Shown here one piece after another: positions 37,783 through 53,006 of a stretch of 64,000 bases of DNA. Below the pieces are notes generated by a model that was not told where the DNA came from, ran no database searches, and was given only the letters and a program-made list of their open reading frames with translations. Made by a program: the position numbers and the translations under genes. Origin of the DNA: Trichodelitschia bisporula (taxonomy: Eukaryota). The stretch's first letter is position 1; every line of letters starts with the position of its first letter. The stretch lies in NCBI GenBank assembly GCA_010356995.1, contig ML996691.1, positions 254,174 to 318,173 on the forward strand, given 5' to 3'.

Positions 37783-38675
37783 CAATCTCTCATACCTCCC
37801 TTCCACTTCTCATTCCCCATCTCTGACAGTCATGCCGTACCCTCCCGCACTCTGCCCCTGTGTCCCCATCACCCGTGATAAAGCCGCCATTCTCGGACCC
37901 GCGGGCGGATCCCGTCGGCTCAGCCGGATGACACCATGCCGTTTGACAAGTGACGGGTGTACCTGCAGTAGGGAATGACGTTGCACATGCTACACTCAAA
38001 ATGAAGGATCGAGGTCAAGTCCCACAGCACCAACACCAGCGACACACCCAAATAGGACACACGATAATTTCTAACCCTACGCTACATACACCCGGCGCAC
38101 CCACCAACAGGGCGCAACTAGACATTTGAGTTACTCGTACCCGGTAAAAAAGGGCCAGACGGAAAAAGCACGCCCGCTCCGCTGCCGTCCTGCCACAAAA
38201 ATCTTCTAAACCATCCAGCTGGAAGACAAATACCACACGCCCTATCCCTTCATCCCCTACCCCTACCTCTACAAGCGCAGAATGCACCTACTTCCCGTCC
38301 GATAACCGTCATGTACAACAAGGACCCCCCCCCGCTTCTCGGCCGCAACCCCAAGTCGAGATCAGAAAACGAAAAAAAAGACTAGAACCGAACCCCCAAG
38401 TCTATGAGTAATTACACGAGTGTAGAAAGTAACAGCCCAAAAAGACCAAGGAACAAGTAGAACAAACTTGCCAAAGCAAAAAGAAGGGGCGACGCGTGAG
38501 ACGCGGGAGAACAATCATTTCTTCTTAGCACCGCCAGCAGGCCAGCGTGTTGTGTTACGCGCACTCCCATCCAGCCCAGAAAGAGCCCGGGCTCGTCTTT
38601 ATCGTAGTATATCAGTATCTGTAATTTGCAGCAGCTCCTCAACCCGAGTCAAAAACATGTGGCGCTCAAAGATGC

Positions 38676-40123
38676 TCAGGCGCCCTTCTCGCCCAACAGC
38701 GTCGAGATCTTCGTCTTGGCATAATCGTTGTACTCCTGAGGGATGGACGGCGCCAGCGGGCCCATGATCACAATGATCAGGAGGAGGATGCTACCCACCA
38801 CAATCAGCTTGCGCATAATCGGGTGCCGCACACCGTAGTCGCCCCACGTGCGTTGGCCATCGGCAACCACGCCCTTAAGCTTATCGCCGCCAAGCTTGTA
38901 GTAAACCAGTCCGCAGAGCGCAATGCTGTAGCCGAAGGCCTGAAGACCGGAGACGGGGTCAAGGAAGACAACCATGGAGGCAATAACAAGGAGAATATCC
39001 TTCAGTACCCCAGAGAGAGTAAGGACGAGCGACGAAGTGCGACCAATCTAGAGGTATTAGCCATAGCCGTTAATCAGCGGGATCCAACTCACCAGGAAAA
39101 CAACGGCCACGTTGAGCATGAAAGCAATAGTAGCGTTGGCGAGCAATGTGAACAGACCAAGGTCAAAGATCTTGTCCATCGACATCTTGTGCATTTCGAG
39201 GAAGAGCCACACCACGAAGTTCATAGTCGCGCAGGCAGGCGCAAAGTAGTAGAGCGAGACCAACGGGTCCATCTTAAACTCGGAAGAGCTGAGCAGACGC
39301 TCAACCATGGCTAGACGCGTGGCCTCGCAGGTGAGACCCAGGATCTGAACGACAAAGCCGACCATAACGAACTTGATCTCGCCAATTGAGGCAATGATGA
39401 CACCAAAGACGATGACCGAGACGTTTGCGAGAGTACGCATGTTGTAGGGACTGATGCCAAGGGTCCAGGAAACCAAGAGGACAGCAACGGGCGTAGTAGC
39501 CTGAGCGGTTAGCCTTGCCTATTTTGACAGCAATTTTCGTACCTTGAGCATCTGAATGAAAGCCACCGAGAGATACAGGTACGCCGCGTTGCCGAAGATC
39601 AAGCTCAAGCTGAAGAAGGCACCGATGGGGACAATGGCGCGCAGGTAGACCCTACCCGTCATGGGCACCTTCTTGCGCGAATCGAGCAGTGTGGTAAAAC
39701 GAGCGAGGAACTGCGTCATCGCGGTCGCGAAAATGAGATGCCATGTTGTCAGAAAAATCGCTACAAATGTTAGGTTCGGAGTCTATGGGGGTGCTTGTGT
39801 GGATGCAGGAAAAAACGTACGATATCCTAGGCGCGTTAGTACGACGTCTGCGTGGGTGGATTGAGGACTCACTGAAGTTTCTCCTGTCAAGAATCCACTT
39901 ATTGAAGACAATAACCGCTGAAGAGAGAGCAATCCAGACACTGTGTCGTCAGTATAGATCCTATCGCTGCGCGTTCTGGCACTCACGCAATGTAGACCCA
40001 GGCGGGGATGAGGTGCTTGGGTGGTTCCGACTTGACGGCAGCGGGATTGACGGTGGGCAAGACAGGCGCATCAACCTCGGTGCGCTCGCGCTCACCAGAG
40101 CTGCGTGCTTTGTCTTCGGACAT
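38676..40123 (-). CDS. glfB: Nucleotide-sugar transporter (TPT/DMT family), likely UDP-galactofuranose transporter, 402 aa
   Basis: Exons 40123-39987, 39940-39873, 39826-39821 (6 nt), 39760-39543, 39500-39093 and 39047-38676. Motifs [38 protein letters not shown] and [13 protein letters not shown]. It is divergent from the UDP-galactopyranose mutase gene; glfA and glfB are also adjacent in Aspergillus. Confidence 0.88.
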
Positions 40124-42807
40124 GGTGATGTGATGTTCGTCGGTATCTGGGAGGTGATGGCTGTTTGAGTTGCGAGACTCAGGAGGCAAAGGTCGCGGCG
40201 ACTTAAGGAGGGAGGGAGAGCCTCTTGTCGGCAGAGGGTGGAATTGTTGTCGTCAAACGAATGGAATGGAGTTGCTTTCAAGTTGACAACAGACTCGCGG
40301 GTGAGGTTGTTTAAACAGTGCGAAAATTTGCAGGTTGCAGGTTTGCAGAAGGTCTGGGGGATGGAGACGGAGGTCTGGTTTTTGGTGGTCTTCTTTGCGG
40401 AAAGGGATGAGGAAGGTGCAGGCTCGGGGAACGGACCGGGGTGGTGGGATGGGGTGGAGCGGGAGCGGACTGGGATTGGACAGAGGGAGGGGCGACGGAG
40501 AAAGGTGGGAAGTGGAGGAGAGCAGGGACTTTTTGGAGGTGATGGAGCCGGGCAAAAAAAGGTGTCGGATTGATAGTTCCAAGGAACCCCAAAAATGAAC
40601 CAGATGGATGCGTAGGAGCGTGCGGGAGGCCGAGCTTGCGTAATTAGGCGGGTCGGTGTTTAGGATGCTATGTATTCTGTTATGGAACAGAAGTCCTAAA
40701 TGTCTGAATGTATCTGAGGATGTGGAAGGTCTCATCGGCGACTTTTTGCGACTCCCTTCCGTCTTTCCGCACACTTCAGCTGCAGAGGGACATTTAACGG
40801 CAGCGTTTGGGTTGCACGAGTGGCTGCTCACTGGCTGCATCGAAAGGCTAGATAACAGTTTGCCCACGAGTCCAGCCAATTGACGTGCCATCTCAGACAC
40901 CACGCTCCCCTCGAACACAGACTACGGTGCTCCCGCAAGGCGCAGTACGCAGCATCGCAGAAGGCCTAGCCGCAAACCTACAGGGAGCCCAGTGGGGAGG
41001 GAGGGGCATGAAGGCCGAAAAGGAATGGATCGTGACTATTCGACGAGTGCGCTTTTCAGCCGCAAGCTATCGTGAATCTTACCAGCCACGTTGCTGAACT
41101 TCCTTCAAGCCTTGCCAGTATCTACTAAGTAGTCACAAGGCTGTCATCGGACCCCGCGATGGTTTATAAGGCGTGTGCTCCCTTCAGTGAAACCGGCCAA
41201 GCTTTACCGGCAGCCGTTTGACTTGTGCTATGTTGCTGCCGATTCTTTGCATTACCCATTCGGGCCCGCGGCAGCGCCGACGGGTGCGAGGTTGATACCA
41301 AGTGCGAGGCTGGAGACACGGTGACATCTTAGGGAATACTCGGCAGGCCTTGCGTCATGCGATTTCCATGGGTGGATGCGTCGACGGTTCACATTATCAT
41401 TTGTGCAGTCGCATGCTGTACAGGCAGCACGTTGAGGTGGCACGCACTGATGCTTGTCTGCTGTCAAAGTGTCAAAATTCAAAAACCACGGCTCCCCCAC
41501 CCCGCACAAGCTTCCCTATCCTTCTACTACTGAATCCATAGGCGCAATAGAGGCCAGTTCGCCACAGAAACTAGTGTTTAGCGATGCAGTATTAGCGCAG
41601 AAGGCTGCGACTTTTCAGTTCCACTGGCTCCCGTATCAGATGTGGCCAGGCCATGGGAGATGAGGCTCCATGGCAGCGTGTAGCGTGCTAAGTGCTACGG
41701 CGTTTGCGGAGCGCACGTTGCACTGAAACGTTGACCCGCTGCCGTAGCCGTTGGCCATGGCTGCTGCGCCGTTGATCTTGATATTCCTTTCGATTGCGGG
41801 CAATCTAGGACTCAATTTGCGCTCCGCCGGCCAATCTCGGAGAGCATTAGGACAAGCAATCATTACAAGGACCGGACCTGAGTCTTGTAGTGTAGAAGAT
41901 ACAGACGGTTAAACATGAGAGGGCCGCCGTCCTCGCCGCTCTCTTCTTCGGTCATATTGAATAACTTCCGAGATGGCCGAATTGGGCAAAATATCCTGGC
42001 TCCCAGAAGGAAACATGCGGTGCAGGCAACGGCCATGATTTGCTGGCTGCATGGCGGGAGATGCGCCACAGCACGGAATTTTCACCACCGGGGGCCCCCT
42101 TTTTGATGCCCCTCGTGCCCCTCTCTTCCTACCATCCACCATCTCGTTCGAATCTGGCCGACGGCGGGAGACCGGGGTAGAGTCGGACAAAGCTGAGGGA
42201 CCCTGAGATGCGAAACCACGGTGAGGGAAAGATCCGGGACAGCGACAGATGAACGGAGGGCATATGGAGAGCGGTCCGGTTGCTGAATATTGTCGAGTAG
42301 CCTTTCTGACCCGTAGAGTTGCAACGGAGGAGATTGAACCGACAGGGTCAGGTAGAGAGATAAATCCTCATTTGATGGAGCGACACCCAAAAAAACCCTT
42401 TCACCGATCCGCAGGGTTGATTGACCAGGTCAAATTCCCTAATGCCGTGAAGAGAACCGAGTTATCAACTACTTTCATTTTATTCTGTTGCTGTGTTGTC
42501 CAACGTTGTTATAGGATAGCTGCATAATCAGTGCTGCACTCCCAGAAAACCGTCTTGAAGTTCTGTCGGCGTCGCGCTACCATACATATCCACAATCTCT
42601 TAGCCTCTCTTAGCCTTGACAGCGACTCCTCCACAAACTGTCGGTGACTGTCGACTGCACGTCAAAAAGTTGTGTTTATACCCCGCCCCTCCATATCAAG
42701 CCTCGAGTCGGCCTTCACCATTTTCCGATTGACAACTGCACCTGCTTCCTGCACTCCCGATCATTCCCCATCGTCACTTTGCCTTTCAATCTCCAAGCTC
42801 CCAAGCT

Positions 42808-44560
<1,753 letters not shown>

Positions 44561-45057
44561 GTGTTCGGGATTGCCTGGGATGGCCGGTTGGGATGGAGCG
44601 TCTTTCGAGCATGCACAGAAGTTCTAATGGGAGCGTATTTGACATGGCCCACGGGCAAAAGCGATAACAGGTAGAGATAGAGCTCTAGATGAATATCAAG
44701 TGGATGTAAGGCGTATATCACTTGTGGAATATGCTCGAATTTGGTGATATCGAACATGAATTCTACTGCACGTCGTCTTGGCATGAGGCGCAAAGGCGCG
44801 CCAAGCGCTACCACCTCCACAACGGGAAAAGTCGCCTGCCGTTGGACCTCAAAGAAGCCATCTGGCCAGGATATTATCCGCACCATAAACACCAACGTAC
44901 GCTTCACCCACTCTCCAGTTTTTCCCCAATCGTCTGCTGTGCGCTTGTCGCGATATGTTTGGTGTCGCACGCAACGCTCCTCTCAAAGCTCTCCGCTAGA
45001 AATCGTGAGCTTCGTCCAGCACGAACCGCGGGCGATCTCAATTCACTCCTCAGCAAA

Positions 45058-48000
45058 ATGTCCGACTACCAAATGTACCACTCCCTCGGCGGGGAGCCGG
45101 AGGAGAATCAACGACTTACTCCTGCCGCGCCCGGTTTTCGACCTCCCGTTGCTCCCCCTCCATCTGGATACCATCAATCAGGCTCGAATCTTCCCCCACC
45201 GGGGCCGCCTTACGCGACTTCTCCATACCCGCCGCAAGATGCGCAGCAATCGGGCTATTTCCCATCACAACCGCCGCAGGGGAATACGCAAGGGCTTGAA
45301 CGACAGATGAGCAATATGGCACTCGGAGATACTGGAGCCGTGCGCCACAAGAAGCGCGACCGTCACGCTTACCACGAGCTCCAGTCCACGGGTTCGTCGC
45401 AGCCGTTCAATGGCATCCCACAGACCCCACACGCGGCGCAGGGCGGCATAGCTTCCTATGGCACACCGGGGGCGCTTACACCGTCGGGATCATTCGGGCC
45501 GCCGTCGGGTTATGGCCCACAAGGAACTCCTGGAGCACAGTTCCCCGTCCCAGCGAATCCGGCATTCGAATCCGATCGGCTCGTTTCTCAGGCTGAGTAC
45601 GCGGCTCGGCCTTCCTCGTCCGGCGCAATTGCCTCGAATCAGCTCGATCCTGAACAGCTCCCGTCAGTGCCGCGCTCGCGCGATGTCCCCGCAACGTACT
45701 ACCTCGAGAACCTGTTCCCGACCATGGAGAGCATGGTGCCGCCGCCTGCCTCGGTTCCCTTCGCCGTCTTCGATCAGGGCAACTCGTCCCCGAAGTTCGC
45801 TCGTCTCTCGATGACCCACATACCGGTATCGGCAGAGGCGCTGGCAGCAGTCGGGCTACCGCTGGGTATGACGGTCCAGCCGCTGGCGCCGCTGCAGGAG
45901 GGAGAGCAAGAGGTTCCTGTGCTGGACTATGGTGACGTCGGACCGCCTCGCTGCCGCCGGTGTCGTGCTTACATCAACCCGTTCATGACGTTTCGTAGTG
46001 GTGGCAACAAGTTCGTATGCAACCTGTGCACTTTCCCAAATGAGACGCCGATGGAGTACTTTGCGCCGACGGACCCGACGGGCGTGCGCGTGGATCGTCT
46101 TGAGCGTCCGGAGCTGATGCTCGGCACGGTCGAGTTCATTGTCCCGAAAGAGTATTACACGCGCGAACCGGTGCCTCTGCATTGGCTCTTTATGATTGAC
46201 GTTACGGAGGAGTCAGTCAACAAGCACTACCTGGAAGGGTTCTGCGACGGCATCTTGAAGGCCCTGTACGGCGACTCGAGCAAGGAGGATGCACCGCGAA
46301 AGCTGGCACCTGGTGTGAAAGTCGGCATCGTGACTTTTGACAAGCAGATGCACTTCTACAACTTAAGTTCGAACCTGCATCAGGCTCAGATGATGGTCAT
46401 GCCCGATATCGACGATCCCTTCGTGCCGCTCAGCGAAGGCTTGTTTGTCGATCCAGAGGACTCTCGCGCTGTCATCACTTCGCTGCTCACTCAGCTTCCG
46501 CAGATGTTCTCCCCGGAAATCACGGCGGGTCTCAAGAATCCGGAGCCGGCGCTGCTTCCTGCCCTTGACGTAGCGGTGCAGGCACTTACGGCCACGGGCG
46601 GCAAGATTGTCTGCTCGCTTGCGGCACTTCCGACGTGGGGTCCTGGACGTCTCTTCCTGCGTGATGAGAACGCAGCGACGGCGGGGACGGATGCGGAGAA
46701 GAAGCTGCTGACGACTGAGCACCCTGGGTACACGAAGCTTGCGGCTAGGATGGTCGAGGCGGGCGTTGGGGCGGATTTCTTCCTGGCATCCCCTAGTGGT
46801 GGCTACCTGGACATTGCGACGATTGGTAAGTCCTCTGAGGTCATATTTTCAGCAGGTTTCTGACAGCTCAGGTTTTGTGTCGGCCAAAACCGGCGGTGAA
46901 GTCTACTACTACCCCAACTTCCAGGCGCAGCGCGACACCCTGCGTTTAGCAAAGGAGATCGACCACACAGTTTCGCGTGCGACAGGCTACCAGGCGCTAA
47001 TGAAGGTGCGCTGTAGCAACGGACTGCAAGTGTCAGCGTATCATGGCAACTTCACGCACCACACCTTCGGAGCTGATCTGGAGTTTGGCGTCATCGATGC
47101 CGACAAGGCCATCGGCATTATGTTCAGCTACGACGGCAAGCTAGACCCCAAGCTCGACGCACATTTCCAGTGTGCGACGCTGTACACGACCGAGAGCGGC
47201 CAGCGCCGTGTCCGCTGCCACAATCTAGTGGCCAGCGTGGCCGACTCCGGCGCCGAGGCGATCAAGTTCGTGGACCAAGACGCCATCGTGTCGCTGATCG
47301 CAAAGGAAGCGGCGTCGCGTGTTCCCGAGCGCAGCCTGAAAGATGTGCGAAACGCCATCACGGAAAAGACAGTCGACATCCTCGCCGGCTACCGCAAGAA
47401 CTTCAGCTCCTCGAACCCGGTGGGCCAACTCGTGATTCCCGAGAACTTGAAGGAGCTTAGCATGTACATGCTTGCGCTGATTAAGTGTCGCGCCTTCAAG
47501 GGCGGTCGCGAGCCGTCCGATCGTCGTATTCACGATGTGCGCCTCGTGCGTGCTATGGGTCCGGGAGAGCTCTCGCTCTACTTGTATCCGCGCATCATTG
47601 CACTGCATGATCTGGCCGAGGGTGACGGTTTTGCGAACGAGAACGGCCACCTGCGCATGCCCGCCACGCAGCGCGCGAGCTTTGCCCGGATCAACGACGG
47701 AGGCGCGTATATCGTCGACAACGGGCAGACGTGTCTGCTGTGGTTGCACACGCACGTCGCGCCCGCGCTGCTCGAAGACCTCTTCGGGCCAGGCCACAAT
47801 ACACTCGCGTCGATTGATCCCTTCTCTTCGGCACTGCCCGTCCTAGACACGCATCTCAACGCCCAGGTGCGGAATATCCTCGCCTACCTCGCTCTCTCCC
47901 GCGGGGGCAAGGTGCCAGCGTTGCAAATTGCGCGGCAGGGACTCGATGGCGCGGAGTTTGAGTTCGCGAGACTGTTGGTTGAGGATAGGAACAATGAGGC

Positions 48001-48203
48001 GCAGAGTTATGTGGATTGGTTGGTGCATTTGCATCGCTTGATTCAGCTGGAGGTATGTTAATGGTACTGTGTTATTTTTCTCGTATATGCTTGGGGCTAA
48101 CGGGCTTTTTTTCGTAAAGATGGCCGGCCAGCGCAAGAAGAAGGACGAAGCGAAATCCGACGAGAGCCTGTTCGTCGGTCTCCGCACGCCGTACTGGGGA
48201 TAA
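45058..48203 (+). CDS. COPII Sec24-family protein (Sfb3/Lst1, Sec24C/D-like), 1010 aa
   Basis: Exons 45058-46825, 46872-48052 and 48120-48203. Pro/Gln-rich N-terminus, DQGNSSPKFAR, zinc finger PPRCRRCRAYINPF...FVCNLC, RPELMLGTVEF, GYQALMKVRCSNGL, gelsolin-like end LLVEDRNNEAQSYVDWL. Confidence 0.93.
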
Positions 48204-48726
48204 CAGGCGTCGACCGCCGCCATCTCGGCACCGGCCGGGCCCTGCCCGCGTTGACGATTCTACGAAGTCATTAAGGAGTGGTCACGACTGACATGATGTA
48301 AGCACAATCGACAGCACGGCGATAACGAGGTCTTGACAGGTGAGGTGCGGTTTCGGAGGGATCAGAAGCCGCGTGGACCAGGAAGAGTTGCGAAGGCGAT
48401 TGTCTGGGTCGAGGAGAAGGTTGAGGACTTTGTTGAGGGGCCGATGAATGGGTAGATGGGGCATTTGAGGGGGGTATATGTACTGGCGTTTTTTGTGAGC
48501 GTTAAGGTGGATGTCATGGCATGGATGATGGCTGAGCGCGAGGATGAGATGCATTGAAGCGTTAAACCCCTATTCCGTATTGCACCCGAAAGACCCGACC
48601 CCGAAACCCCAAAGTGGAAGATACACCACCCACCCACCGTGTAGTTATGCACAGCATTACCGATATCCACATCTCCCCCCCATCTATCCCTCTATCCATC
48701 CCTCTATCCGCACAGCAGCCTAGAAC

Positions 48727-50397
48727 CTAAACCCCAAACCCAATCTCCCCACTCCCACTGCCCCCAATATCCCAATAATTCCGACTACTCCCCGTCCTCT
48801 TACTAAGCCGACTACTCTGACTCGCACAGCTCTCGCTCCTCGCCCGCGCCGCGAACGCCCTCCCCACCACGGGTCCCGTCGGCGCGGCTGTGGCCAGTGG
48901 ATGCACCCGCCTCACCCACGCCATGCGCCCCTCGCGGCCTTCACGTGCGGCGCGGCCCGAGCCCAGGCCCTCCTCCCGGCCCGACGCAGGAGGGCTCGAA
49001 GGGGACACCGCCGAAGGACCCGCCGCCGCGCCCGAGCCCGCGGGGAGCGAGGATGGCAAAGGCAATTCACCCCCCTGAAACCTAGCCTTGAGATACGCAA
49101 ACACAGTCCCGAGTGCGAGGTCGCGCTCCCAGAACTCGCGCTCTGCGATGTCAATGGGTGTGTCCCCGGCCGTGGCCGCGCCTGCGGCTTCGGCGTCGGC
49201 GCCGGGTGAGGGCTCCTCTTCGATGCCCCACAGCGTGGCGTCGGGGGGGTTGAAGGCTAGGGTGGGGGCGAAGATGGGTTCTTGATCCGAGGTTGAGGTG
49301 TCGAGGGATGAAGGTTGGGGGGTAGGGCGGATTGTGCTGGCTTGCGGGAGGGGAGGGGCGGAGGGGGGGTACGTGGTGAACGCGCCTGGATGCGCTGCGC
49401 TCTCTGAGGCGCGCAGGTGATGCACCAGCAGCCCGAGCTCCCTCGCGATTCGGTCGAGCAACCGCGCCTGCCAACTCCCCTCCATATCCTCCCCCACCTC
49501 CTCCTCCTCCCTCATCTCCGCCACATCAGGCAACGCTTCCCCCAATATAACCTCCAAAAGCTCCTCATCAATCCCCATCAAATCGCGAATCACCCTCCTC
49601 GTAACTCTAGCCCAGAATCCCTCCCCCTCTCCCTCCCCCTCCTTCCCTCCCTCCGCCTTACCCACGTCCACGCGCGCCCCCGATCCGGTCCGCCGCCGTT
49701 TGGAGCGGCGTGCCTCGCGCTCCATTTCTTCGAGTACGGCCCGGGACTGGCCTAGGCGCCACGCCTCGATCCGCCGCACGCGCTCCGCTTCGTCGTCGCG
49801 CGCGGCCGTGGCTAGGGCGCTGGCGTCTAACTCATCGAGCCTGCGCAGCGCGCGGGCTACGGACTCGGCGCGGGCGCGGCGGCGGGCTGTCGGACTTTGG
49901 GGAGTGGGAGGAGCCAGAACCGCATGCAGGGAGGCCTCGGGCTCAGCGTCGGCCTCTAGCGAGGCCTCCGGGAGCCAGACTTGCCTCTGTAGATCGGCGG
50001 CTTCGGCAGCGAAGGACCCGAGCCCGTCATGCGCGGGCAGAATGGGCGGGAGGCCGAGGCGCCCCGCGCTCGTGGAGTGCAGGTGTGCGGCGAGGGTAGG
50101 CTCGTGGAAGGAGTGCAGGTTGTCGTCCAGGGAGTCTAGGTCTTCATCCCGGATGGGTGCGGAGGGGAGCTCGGCTTCGGTGAGGGCGGCGAGGGTGCGC
50201 GGGGTGCGGTCTGTTGCCGTCGATGTGCTGTGGAGGGAGGCGGTTTGCGTGGCGGTGGTGGTGGGGTGGGGGGAGAAGAGGATCCATTCTTCGCTAAGGG
50301 GGGCGGTGTGCGGGGTGCTGAGAGTTGTGGTTGTTGTTTGGTGGGAGAGGAGGCGTGGGGGGGCAGGGCGGGTGAGGGGTAAGGGACGGAAGGCCAT
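48727..50397 (-). CDS. Conserved-looking hypothetical fungal protein, 556 aa
   Basis: Single long ORF with short ordered blocks (EEWILFSP, PAHDGLGSF, RIEAWRL..SRAVLEEMERE, FWARVTRRVIRDLMGID, WQARLLDRIARELG, SRNYWDIG) in low-complexity sequence. Confidence 0.75.
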   Translation of the reverse strand: MAFRPLPLTRPAPPRLLSHQTTTTTLSTPHTAPLSEEWILFSPHPTTTATQTASLHSTSTATDRTPRTLAALTEAELPSAPIRDEDLDSLDDNLHSFHEPTLAAHLHSTSAGRLGLPPILPAHDGLGSFAAEAADLQRQVWLPEASLEADAEPEASLHAVLAPPTPQSPTARRRARAESVARALRRLDELDASALATAARDDEAERVRRIEAWRLGQSRAVLEEMEREARRSKRRRTGSGARVDVGKAEGGKEGEGEGEGFWARVTRRVIRDLMGIDEELLEVILGEALPDVAEMREEEEVGEDMEGSWQARLLDRIARELGLLVHHLRASESAAHPGAFTTYPPSAPPLPQASTIRPTPQPSSLDTSTSDQEPIFAPTLAFNPPDATLWGIEEEPSPGADAEAAGAATAGDTPIDIAEREFWERDLALGTVFAYLKARFQGGELPLPSSLPAGSGAAAGPSAVSPSSPPASGREEGLGSGRAAREGREGRMAWVRRVHPLATAAPTGPVVGRAFAARARSESCASQSSRLSKRTGSSRNYWDIGGSGSGEIGFGV

Positions 50398-51288
50398 GAT
50401 TGCGGTTGATTGTAGTTCTGTGGGCGTTAGTTGAGGTATACAGGATGAGGGAGGCGGGGGATGTTACATGTCGTGTGCTAGATGAAGCGGTGCGGGGTGC
50501 ACGGTAGCGTCTCGTAGTGACGCGATTGGGCTGGGATGTATGCGATAGCGTACTCCAGCAGATCCGACGAAGAACTCAAGACGCTCCGGGCGCGCGAGCT
50601 CAGTTGTTGTTTACGATGGAGTTGTATGAGACGAGCAGCGAGATGAGGGGTAGAAAAGGCGGTGGATGGGAGTCGAGTCGAGTCAATAGGGGCACGCGGT
50701 GCCGGGAAGGGCAGGAGGAATGAGTGGAGGTTATCGTTGGGGCGGGACGCGGGCGCGGGTTGCGCGGTGATTGACGGGTGCTAGTGGTGGGGTGTGCGTG
50801 GGGATGACGACACGGATAAACAAAGGGAGGAGACTGGCGGGGAGGGACGGGGACTGGCGAAGCGATGCGTCGTTAATAGGTGAAAGCGAGATGCAGTTGA
50901 AGAAGAGAAGAGGTTGTAGATTGTTACAACACATCTCCAACAGTCCTTTCCCTTGTTCGCCAGTTCAGCCAACATTCAGCCACGTCTGCCGCGCCTGTCA
51001 CGCTCGTCTCAGCCTCTCGACTGGCCCCCCCTTCACTGCCTCATCCTGCATGCATCCCGGTCTGGCCACTTGGCGGTGCCTCAAGTACTGGCCTTGATCA
51101 CGATATGCCTCGAGACGGGGCCTCTCAAGGTTCCGATTACCATTCCGCTCCATCATCGTGCATCTCTGCTCCATAATCCGTATCCTCATCCACATGCCGT
51201 AGTCCTCCAACAAGACCATCACCACCAAACCCAATCCACCCCATCCAACCCCACCCCAACCCACGATAAGACCCACTAGAACCACCCC

Positions 51289-51321
51289 ACCAACACCAAC
51301 ACCAACACCAACACCAACACC
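51289..51321. repeat. (ACCAAC)n microsatellite
   Basis: About five tandem ACCAAC units, read directly. Confidence 0.9.
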
Positions 51322-52437
51322 AGCACTAACATCACAACAAGCAAGCGCGCACCTCACCGATACATTCTCCCTTCCCCATCCGTCCTCCCGCAGTACAGTA
51401 CACCCACGCCCCCAACAATACCCCAGAATCTATTTCCAATCCCTTCCCACCAAACCTCCCACACCCCGTCGTTTCACCCCCATACCCTCCCGTGTCATCC
51501 GCAGCTGCACATGTCTGCAGCCCTAATCGCGCCTTTCCCGCCTTCCCTTCCAGCAGGAGCACGCAACCACACACCAATGTTTCGTTTCACAGCCTCAACA
51601 TCCGCCCTGGATGCCTTATCTCCCACCTCACTCGTATCTCACATCTCCCTCACTCCTCCCATCGTAGACGCGCAGAGCCGCGATATTCCCACTCCCCGTC
51701 CAATCCCGAACCCACTCCCCTCCAGCTTCACCCCTACGTCACAGCTTACCGCACATCATAACCCTGACGCGCTCGTTACTCACCCACCTTACTCACAGCT
51801 CGGCGACCGCGAACCTAGCCAAAATACCTTGGCCCCAATGACCCCTTCCTCGCCTTGATTTCAGATCCCCGATGACTAACCCCACCGTCGGTAACTGGGC
51901 AGCTGGTCTTTGCCGAGCGGTGGGGATCGGATTGCCCGGGGTCGGGGGTAGGGGGGGGTAATATCGAGAGGCATAAGTTTAGACGTGCCACGCGGAAGTG
52001 GCGGGGGACGGTGGATCCGGATCTTAGGCTTTTGTATCAGAGGACGTGACTGCACATGGGAGTTTGCGGTTTTGGGGGTTGGTGGTCTATCAAGTGGACT
52101 GCTTTCAGTGATCGTGAAGCCCTCAGGTCACAGTAGTCACAAGCCAGGGTACAGACGAGACTGATAGAGTACCAGCAGTCATCATTGTCACTATCTACAG
52201 TCTTCATACATCGTAACTGACGGGATATGGCCTCCTCTTCTATGGCCTCCTCTTCTCTGGCCGATCATACCACGTGGAGAAGCGGCCTGGTGTCCTCGAT
52301 TCCCCTTCTTGCCAGTCGATGGATTGCCTTCCCCATTTCGTCCTCTTGCAGGCCGTGCCTAACGAGCCAGAAAAGGTATATGGCTCTAGGGCGGTTGTCA
52401 TTCTTGAACAACAGCGGCCGACCGTTCAGGTCTCGAA

Positions 52438-52530
52438 CAGTCATTCCCCGAGCGCCATATGGACAAGCCGGTGCATGTCGAAGAGCTCTTCGCCCTCGCG
52501 CACGGAAAGAAAGTTGTATCCGCGGAGCCC
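52438..52530 (-). pseudogene. Fragment of a fungal NLR (NB-ARC-type) winged-helix region
   Basis: GLRGYNFLSVREGEELFDMHRLVHMALGE*L resembles the L..YSF.....FDMHRLVH.A...WL motif of fungal NB-ARC-TPR proteins. TGA sits where W is expected. Confidence 0.65.
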
Positions 52531-52806
52531 GCTAATGGCCTCCACTATTTGTCATTCGAGCAGTAGTAGTTTGAAGGGGGGTAGCAATGACCGTAGCATT
52601 AAACGCTTTGATGACGTATCCCTAAGTACTTATACGTCCTGGATTGTCTCCGAATACTGCATCGGTCCATACCTAGATGACGCCTTAGCCGTCTTCAATG
52701 GCGGTAAATCGCCTTTAGCTCGATGCTGTAAGGGCACTACAGAGGCACGGGGGCACGATAAACAGGTAGTTCAACATTGGATTGTTGGTGCATAGAGAAG
52801 GGAAGT

Positions 52807-53006
52807 CTATGAAAGCTCCCACATCGGTTTACCCTTTTCTTCGTAACCAGTCCACTTGAAGACGTACTCCAAGCAGCCTTTCTTGCCTGTAGTAGGGTCT
52901 TTCTTGCGTTGGTCAATGCGGCTGTCGACGATAGCTTCGACCTCCCAGCCTTCGTCCCCATCCTCGTAGGTGACAGCAGGCGGAGGTGGTAGAATGGGTC
53001 GTCCAT
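52807..53006 (-). mobile_element. Ty3/Gypsy (chromovirus) integrase C-terminal chromodomain remnant
   Basis: DDP-/-ILPPPPAVTYEDGDEGWEVEAIVDSR...CLEYVFKWTGYE...MWE: a poly-Pro linker followed by the WEVE.I.DSR / Y..KW.GY / WE chromodomain signature. Confidence 0.85.

Noticed and set aside
44722..45057. N-terminal extension of the Sec24-like ORF
   Set aside because: It begins at a non-ATG codon, reads like promoter/UTR sequence, and ATG 45058 has a good context (CAAAATG) and gives a typical length.
50400..52200. Hidden gene or tRNA/ncRNA in the purine/pyrimidine-skewed intergenic stretch
   Set aside because: Only low-complexity ORFs and a microsatellite are present. No cloverleaf or A/B boxes were recognised.
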